A stretch of 64,000 nucleotides of DNA, taken from the NCBI GenBank assembly GCA_965220745.1, contig CBDCQT010000011.1, positions 1-64,000 on the forward strand, in the 5' to 3' direction. This document shows, in pieces, positions 58,630-64,000 of the stretch. The stretch comes from Alphaproteobacteria bacterium (lineage in GTDB: Bacteria; Pseudomonadota; Alphaproteobacteria; UBA828). The notes beneath the pieces were generated by a model. That model made no database searches. It saw nothing but the letters and a program-made list of their open reading frames with translations, and was not told the DNA's origin. Numbering within the stretch: position 1 is the first letter of the stretch; every line of letters begins with the position of its first letter. A program made the position numbers and the translations under genes.

Positions 58630-59703
58630 ATGACCCGCATCGACGACCGCTCGGTCGACGAGCGCATTCCCATCACCCTGCTCACGGGTTTTTTGGGCGC
58701 CGGCAAGACCACGCTGGTCAACCGTCTGCTAAGCGCACCCGACGCCGGAAAGATCGCGGTGATCGTCAACGAGTTCGGCGAGATCGGCATCGACGGCGAC
58801 CTCATCGCCCGAGCCAACGAGGACATGCTGGAGCTCACCAACGGCTGCATCTGCTGCGCCGCCCAGGGCGACCTGATGGACGGGCTCAACCGGCTCTTCC
58901 TGCGCAAGATCGGCCTTGCCGAGCCCCAGGTGGACTTCGACAAGATCGTGATCGAGACCACGGGCATCGCCGACCCCTCGCCGCTGGCCCGGCTCTTCTA
59001 CACGGACATGAAGCTCGACCTCACCTTCCGCCTCGACGCGGTGCTGACGGTGGTGGACCTGAAGCACGTGACCGGCCAGATCGTGCGCTCGCCGGAGGCG
59101 CAGAAGCAGATCGCCATCGCCGACAAGCTCATCTTCAACAAGCGCGACCTTGTGGATGATGCAGAGTTTACGGCGGCCGTGGCAGCGGTCGAGCGCCTCA
59201 ACCCCTTCTCGGTCAAGGACGTCACCACGCACGGGGCGCTGCCGGTGGAGCGGCTGCTCGACCTCGACCTGTTCGAGCCCAAGCGGCGGGACGACATGGT
59301 GGGCGCCTGGATCGGCGCCGACCGGCCGGACGCTGCCGATCTTTCCCTCGACGAACATGTTCACACGCCGGGCGTCGGCGCGGTCTGTTTGCAAACCCGT
59401 GAGCCGCTGGAGTGGAACGCGCTGCTCCGCTTCTTCCTCGAACTCACGCAGGAGAAGGGCGAAGACCTCTTCCGCGTGAAGGGCATGGTGCATTTCCAGA
59501 ATGTCGAGAAGCCGGTCATCATCCAGGGCGTGCAGACCACCTTCAGCCCGCCCACCTATGCCGAGGCGTGGCCGCGCGGCGAGGTGGCGACGCGGATCGT
59601 GGTGATCGGCCGCGACCTCGACCGGGCCTCGATGGAGGCGCGCTTCGCGGCCTGCGTGGCGAAGCGCGAGGCCACGCTCGATCGCGGCCTCGGGGCCATC
59701 TGA
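58630..59703 (+). CDS. COG0523 / CobW-family GTPase metallochaperone
   Basis: TGFLGAGKTT, IVNEFGEIGID, NGCICC, IETTGIADP, NKRD, RVKG; no long His-rich insert. Confidence 0.93.
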   Translation: MTRIDDRSVDERIPITLLTGFLGAGKTTLVNRLLSAPDAGKIAVIVNEFGEIGIDGDLIARANEDMLELTNGCICCAAQGDLMDGLNRLFLRKIGLAEPQVDFDKIVIETTGIADPSPLARLFYTDMKLDLTFRLDAVLTVVDLKHVTGQIVRSPEAQKQIAIADKLIFNKRDLVDDAEFTAAVAAVERLNPFSVKDVTTHGALPVERLLDLDLFEPKRRDDMVGAWIGADRPDAADLSLDEHVHTPGVGAVCLQTREPLEWNALLRFFLELTQEKGEDLFRVKGMVHFQNVEKPVIIQGVQTTFSPPTYAEAWPRGEVATRIVVIGRDLDRASMEARFAACVAKREATLDRGLGAI

Positions 59704-59716
59704 GCAGGAGCCATCC

Positions 59717-61111
59717 ATGAGCTTTGCCTACATGACGGCGACCGAACTCAAGGGCCTGCTCGCGGCGCGCGACATCTCGCCGGTGGAGCTGGTGGAGGAC
59801 ACGCTCAGCCGTCAGGAGGCGCTGGAGCCCCAGATCAACGCCTTCGTCACCCGCACGCCGGAAGTCGCGCTGGAAGCCGCACGCGAGGCGGAGCGGGCCA
59901 TCGCTGCGGGCGAGGCGGGCGCTATCGCGGGTCTGCCCACCTCGGTCAAGGATCTGGTGGCAATGGCGGGCGTGCCCTGGACCTTCGGCTCCCGGCCCTT
60001 CGCCGACAACGTGGTGGACTTCGACGCGCCCGCGGTGGAGCGAGTCAGGGCGGCCGGCGGCTGCATCGTCGGCAAGTCCACCACCAGCGAGTTCGGCTGC
60101 AAGGCGGTCTGCGACAGTCCTCTCACCGGGATCACCCGCAATCCGTGGAATCTGGCGAAGACATCCGGCGGCTCCAGCGGCGGCGGGGCCGCGAGCGTCG
60201 CCGCCGGGCTCACACCGTTCGCGGTCTGCACCGATGGCGGCGGCTCCGTGCGCATTCCCTCTGCGCTCTGCGGGCTTTTCGGCATCAAGGGGCAGTTCGC
60301 GCGGGTGCCGGTGCACCCGGTCTCGGCGGCGCCGACGCTCGCCCACGTGGGTGCGATCGCGCGCACGGTGCGGGACGCCGCGCTGCTGCTGGGCGTCATG
60401 GCAGGCCACGACCGGCGCGATGCTTTCGGCGTCGCCGAGCCCGTGCCGGATTTCGTTGCCGCCTGCGATGGGGACGCGTCGGGCATGCGCATCGCCTGGA
60501 GCCCCACCCTAGGCTACGCCGAGCCCAAGCCCGAGATCGCGGCCCTTTGCGAGGTCGCTGCCCGGCGTTTCGAGGCGCTGGGGTGCGAGGTGGAGCTGGT
60601 CGAGGACGCGCTGGGCGATGACCCGGTTGAGGTCTGGATGGCGGAGTTCTACGGCGGCATCGGCACCAAACTGAAGGACCTGATGACGGAGCGGCAGGAG
60701 GAACTGGATCCGGCCGTGGTCGAGACGCTGAGCGGCGGGCTCGACCGCTCAATGGTGGACTATTTCGGCCAGCTCTTCGCCCGCTACGAGTTCCGCGAGA
60801 AGATGCGCCAGTTCTTCGAGCGCTACGACCTGCTGCTCTCGCCGACACTGCCGTGCGCCGCCTTCGACGTGGGCCACGACACGCCGCCGGGGCTGGAGGC
60901 ACGCAACATCGTCTCCTGGGTCTACTACACCTATCCGTTCAACCTGACCGGCCAGCCGGCAGCCTCGATTCCGGCGGGCTTCACCGACGCCGGGCTCCCG
61001 GTGGGCCTGCAGATGGTGGCCGGCATCAACCGCGAGGTGGACATTCTGCGCGCGGCCGCCGCGTTCGAGGAAGCGGCACCCTGGGCCGATCGACGGCCGC
61101 CTCTGGCCTAG
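59717..61111 (+). CDS. Amidase signature family enzyme
   Basis: SVKD, TRNPWN, GGSSGGG, TDGGGSVRIP, YPFNLTGQPA. Confidence 0.92.
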   Translation: MSFAYMTATELKGLLAARDISPVELVEDTLSRQEALEPQINAFVTRTPEVALEAAREAERAIAAGEAGAIAGLPTSVKDLVAMAGVPWTFGSRPFADNVVDFDAPAVERVRAAGGCIVGKSTTSEFGCKAVCDSPLTGITRNPWNLAKTSGGSSGGGAASVAAGLTPFAVCTDGGGSVRIPSALCGLFGIKGQFARVPVHPVSAAPTLAHVGAIARTVRDAALLLGVMAGHDRRDAFGVAEPVPDFVAACDGDASGMRIAWSPTLGYAEPKPEIAALCEVAARRFEALGCEVELVEDALGDDPVEVWMAEFYGGIGTKLKDLMTERQEELDPAVVETLSGGLDRSMVDYFGQLFARYEFREKMRQFFERYDLLLSPTLPCAAFDVGHDTPPGLEARNIVSWVYYTYPFNLTGQPAASIPAGFTDAGLPVGLQMVAGINREVDILRAAAAFEEAAPWADRRPPLA

Positions 61112-61157
61112 CCAGAACCGCCGGCCCGCCGGACAGCGCACAACGAGGGAGGCGGCG

Positions 61158-61844
61158 ATGCCGCTGGATGACAAGGTCCGCGAGGCGCTCGACACCATCT
61201 TCTCCGGCGATTCCGGGCTCTACCGGAATCGCGGCTGGAACCAGCGCTCGGGCTTCGGCACGCGGCCCGCGCTCCTCAACATCGACCTCGCCAACGCCTG
61301 GACCCGGCCAGGCTACCGCTTCTCCTGCGATGACATGGACGAGCGGATCATCCCTGGCGTGCAGCGCCTGCTCGAAGCCGCGCGCGCAAAGCGGGTGCCA
61401 ATCATCTACACCACCACCGCCTTCTGCAGCCGCTTCGACATGGGCGCGTTCCCGCTCAAGAAGCCCTTCGAGGACCTCATGCTGGGCTCGCCGGCGACCG
61501 AGATCGACGACCGCGTCGCGCTTGAGGAAGGCGTCGACACGCTGATCGTCAAGAAGCGGCCGAGTGCCTTCGCCGGCACCCACCTCGGCGGCATCCTGCG
61601 CGCCGGCGGTATCGACACGCTGATCTGCACCGGCGTCACCATGGCGAGCTGCGTCAGGCACACGGTCGAGGACGCGCTCGGCGAGGGCTTCCGTACCGTT
61701 ATCGTCCGCGAGTGCGTGGGCGACCGCGTGCCCGCGGCAATCGAGTGGAACCTGTTCGACCTCGACATGAAGTATTGCGATGTCGAGCCGCTCGAACGTG
61801 TCCTCACGTATCTGGCGGACCTGGAACCCTTCGAAGAACGCTAA
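61158..61844 (+). CDS. Isochorismatase-family cysteine hydrolase (N-carbamoylsarcosine amidase / maleamate amidohydrolase-like)
   Basis: GFGTRPALLNID, KKRPSAFAGT, GVTMASCVRHTVEDA (Asp-Lys-Cys triad), LFDLDMKY. Confidence 0.9.
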   Translation: MPLDDKVREALDTIFSGDSGLYRNRGWNQRSGFGTRPALLNIDLANAWTRPGYRFSCDDMDERIIPGVQRLLEAARAKRVPIIYTTTAFCSRFDMGAFPLKKPFEDLMLGSPATEIDDRVALEEGVDTLIVKKRPSAFAGTHLGGILRAGGIDTLICTGVTMASCVRHTVEDALGEGFRTVIVRECVGDRVPAAIEWNLFDLDMKYCDVEPLERVLTYLADLEPFEER

Positions 61845-62521
61845 GCCGGCCCACGCGTGAGGGGGACGAAGGCCACCGGCAGTACCGACTTCGCCTCACA
61901 CGAGCCGTCGGCGCGCTTGCGCAGACGCTGCAGTTGCTGGGTCGCGCCGGCAGGGCCGACGGGGATTACCAAGTTGCCGCCGGGTCCGAGCTGATCCACC
62001 AGCGCTGGCGGCACAGCAGGCGATGCCGCAGTCACGATGATGCCGTCGAACGGCGCTTCCTCCGGCCAGCCTGCATGGCCGTCCCCGGCGCGCACCGTGG
62101 CCCGCGCATAGCCCAGCGCCTTGAGGCGCGCCGCCGCCGCCATCGCCAGCGGCTCCACGACCTCGACCGAATGGATGGTGGCATCCAGCGCGCAGAGGAT
62201 GGCGGTCTGGTAGCCGCAGCCGGTGCCGACCTCCAGGACGCGCGCGCCCGGCTCGACATCGAGAAGCTCGGTCATCAGGGCGACGACGAAAGGTTGCGAG
62301 ATGGTCTGGCCGTGGCCGATGGGGAGCGGCCTGTTCTCGTAGGCGAACGCTGCCTCCGCCTCGGGCACGAAGGCCGCGCGCGGCACGGTGCGCATGGCCT
62401 CCATGACAGCATCGCCGAAGACCGGCCGTTCGGTCTTGCCGCCTGTCTCATGCGCGTCGCGCGCAATCGCCTCCAGCATGGTGTCGGCGGTCGCGCTCGC
62501 TCCAAGCAAATTGCGCAGCAT
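61841..62521 (-). CDS. pcm: Protein-L-isoaspartate O-methyltransferase
   Basis: VPRAAFV, PLPIGHGQTISQP, VLEVGTGCGYQTA, GWPEEAPFDGIIVTAA, VAFVPL. Confidence 0.93.
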   Translation of the reverse strand: MLRNLLGASATADTMLEAIARDAHETGGKTERPVFGDAVMEAMRTVPRAAFVPEAEAAFAYENRPLPIGHGQTISQPFVVALMTELLDVEPGARVLEVGTGCGYQTAILCALDATIHSVEVVEPLAMAAAARLKALGYARATVRAGDGHAGWPEEAPFDGIIVTAASPAVPPALVDQLGPGGNLVIPVGPAGATQQLQRLRKRADGSCEAKSVLPVAFVPLTRGPA

Positions 62522-62544
62522 CGTCCGCGCGCGCCTCCGCCCCG

Positions 62545-63564
62545 CTAGCGGAGGTGAGGGATTACCTTGGTCGCGTATTCGGCGACCATTCGTTCCTGGT
62601 CTTCCGTCATCAGGTAGAGCGCGAACTGCGTGACCCCGGCCGCTTCCAGCGCCTTGATCTTCTCCACATGGGCCTCGGCCGGGCCGATCAGGCAAAACGA
62701 TTCGGTGATGGCGTCGGTGACGTAGTGCACGTTGTCGGAGCCCGCGACCGCGTGCTTGTGATAGTCGTAGCCCTCGTCCGCGCCGCGCCCTTGGCGCGCG
62801 GCGATGAAGGCGGTCAAGCTCTCCGGCACTAGGTCCGTATCCGCACCGTGGCGCTCCACGATGTCGGCGACATGGTTGCCGACCACGGCGGGGAACCAGC
62901 TGGTCTGGGCGATGGCGGTCTCGCGGTCGCCGATCCAGGCCGGCGCGCAGGAGAGCACGCGGTATCCGGCCGCATCGAGGCCGGCCGCCTCGCGCGCCGC
63001 GAGCGCTTGGCCAGCCATCCACTGGCAGAGCCCCGGATCGGCCAGCTGGATCACCAGCCCGTCCCCGTGTGCGCCGGCGGCAGCAAGCGCGCGCGGGCCG
63101 TAAGCCGCGATCCAGATGGGCAGGTCGTATGGGTCGGCCCAGTCGAGTTGAACCGGCCCCCTGGCGCCGTCGTATTCGCACGCCTCGCCCCGCAACATGG
63201 TGCGGAGCGCGTCGCAGTATTCGGTGAGCGTCTCGACCGTCGCGGGACGATGGCCCATGACGCGCACCGAGCTGTCGCCCCGGCCCACCGCCACGTCGAC
63301 CCGGCCGTCGCCAAGCTGAACCAGCCGCGCGAAGATGCTGGCGGCGACCGACCAGTCGCGCACCCTGGGGTTGGTGACCAGCGGCCCGACCCGGATGCGC
63401 TTCGTATGGTCCAGGCAAACCGCCATCTGGGTGTAGACGTCAGACCACAGGATGTGCGAATCCGCGAACCACATGTAGTCGAAGCCGGCGGCCTCGGCTT
63501 GATGGGCGAGCGCGACCGTGCGGCGCACGTCGAGGTCGCCCTTGATACTGATGCCCAGTTCCAT
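62545..63564 (-). CDS. LLM-class oxidoreductase, putative F420-dependent (TIGR03842-like)
   Basis: WFADSHILW, GPLVTNPRVR, GRGDSSVRVMG, AAYGPRAL, QLADP, WFPAVVGNHVADIV, DYHKHA. Confidence 0.8.
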   Translation of the reverse strand: MELGISIKGDLDVRRTVALAHQAEAAGFDYMWFADSHILWSDVYTQMAVCLDHTKRIRVGPLVTNPRVRDWSVAASIFARLVQLGDGRVDVAVGRGDSSVRVMGHRPATVETLTEYCDALRTMLRGEACEYDGARGPVQLDWADPYDLPIWIAAYGPRALAAAGAHGDGLVIQLADPGLCQWMAGQALAAREAAGLDAAGYRVLSCAPAWIGDRETAIAQTSWFPAVVGNHVADIVERHGADTDLVPESLTAFIAARQGRGADEGYDYHKHAVAGSDNVHYVTDAITESFCLIGPAEAHVEKIKALEAAGVTQFALYLMTEDQERMVAEYATKVIPHLR

Positions 63565-63733
63565 GATGCCCCCTCACTCAGCGACGATCGCGGCCCGACT
63601 GGAGGATGGCACAGTCCCGCCTGGCCCGCCACGCGCCCGGCAGGCACGCCTGCCAAACGCCCGCCCGCCGTGCTAAACCCCGGTCCCAGCGGCGCCCGGC
63701 GCCGCCTCCCGGCCCCAGTGAGCGACGGCGAGC

Positions 63734-64000
63734 ATGAGCAAGCGGCAGATGGTCCTGGTGGGCTTCCTCCAGGCGCAGAACTGCTCCAACTACCCGGCGT
63801 CCTGGCGTCACCCGGAGTCCGCCTCGGATTTCCTCACCGCCGACTACTACCAGCGCATCGCGCGCATCCTCGAGGCCGGTAAGTTCCATCTCGCCTTCTT
63901 CGACGACCGCCTCGCGCTGCCGGACATCTACGGCGGCGACCATGCCGAAGCGGTGCGCAACGGGGTGCGGGTGGTCAAGATGGACCCGATCCCAATCCTC
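63734..64000 (+). CDS. LLM-class flavin-dependent monooxygenase (NtaA/DszA/DmoA family), N-terminal part (runs off the right edge)
   Basis: Manual translation MSKRQMVLVGFLQAQNCSNYPASWRHPES..DFLTADYYQRIARILEAGKFHLAFFDDRLALPD. Confidence 0.88.
   Translation, partial: MSKRQMVLVGFLQAQNCSNYPASWRHPESASDFLTADYYQRIARILEAGKFHLAFFDDRLALPDIYGGDHAEAVRNGVRVVKMDPIPIL

Noticed and set aside
61841-63418. 525-aa Pcm with a long N-terminal extension
   Set aside because: The extension is an alternate frame of the LLM gene; Pcm homology starts near 62521.

Overview
High-GC chromosomal window from an alphaproteobacterium, probably Rhodospirillales-like (inferred from the murA-DUF2948-hisG-hisD-UPF0262-LMW-phosphatase-maf-RNaseE/G-like order, the HIG1-pduO pair and soxBDAG). 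About 60 genes. Housekeeping blocks are gcvTHP with a tandem glycine riboswitch, his/mur, sarcosine oxidase, metY, phoX with a Pho box, tRNA-Ser(GCT) and tRNA-Phe(GAA). These are interleaved with many small-molecule C-N catabolic enzymes: three amidases, GGT, an M20 hydrolase, a cyclase, an isochorismatase, two LLM oxidoreductases and a four-subunit nicotinate-dehydrogenase-type Mo hydroxylase. I found no integrase, transposase, CRISPR array or phage structural gene. Main observations: (1) an amidohydrolase + DUF59 pair of the type found in propane-monooxygenase operons, here without any di-iron monooxygenase and divergent from a cyclase-COG0523-amidase-isochorismatase operon; (2) an aromatic-amino-acid-lyase-family protein lacking the MIO-forming Ser; (3) an orphan cI/cro-like switch whose 16-bp operator recurs at the promoter of a lipoprotein gene; (4) a 20-unit 9/10-bp GRGAY intergenic array matching G-quadruplex patterns; (5) a palindrome repeated on both sides of a PAS-LuxR gene. 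All product calls come from motif recognition by eye, with no database searches. Start codons were often moved from the ORF track to the likelier RBS-supported start.
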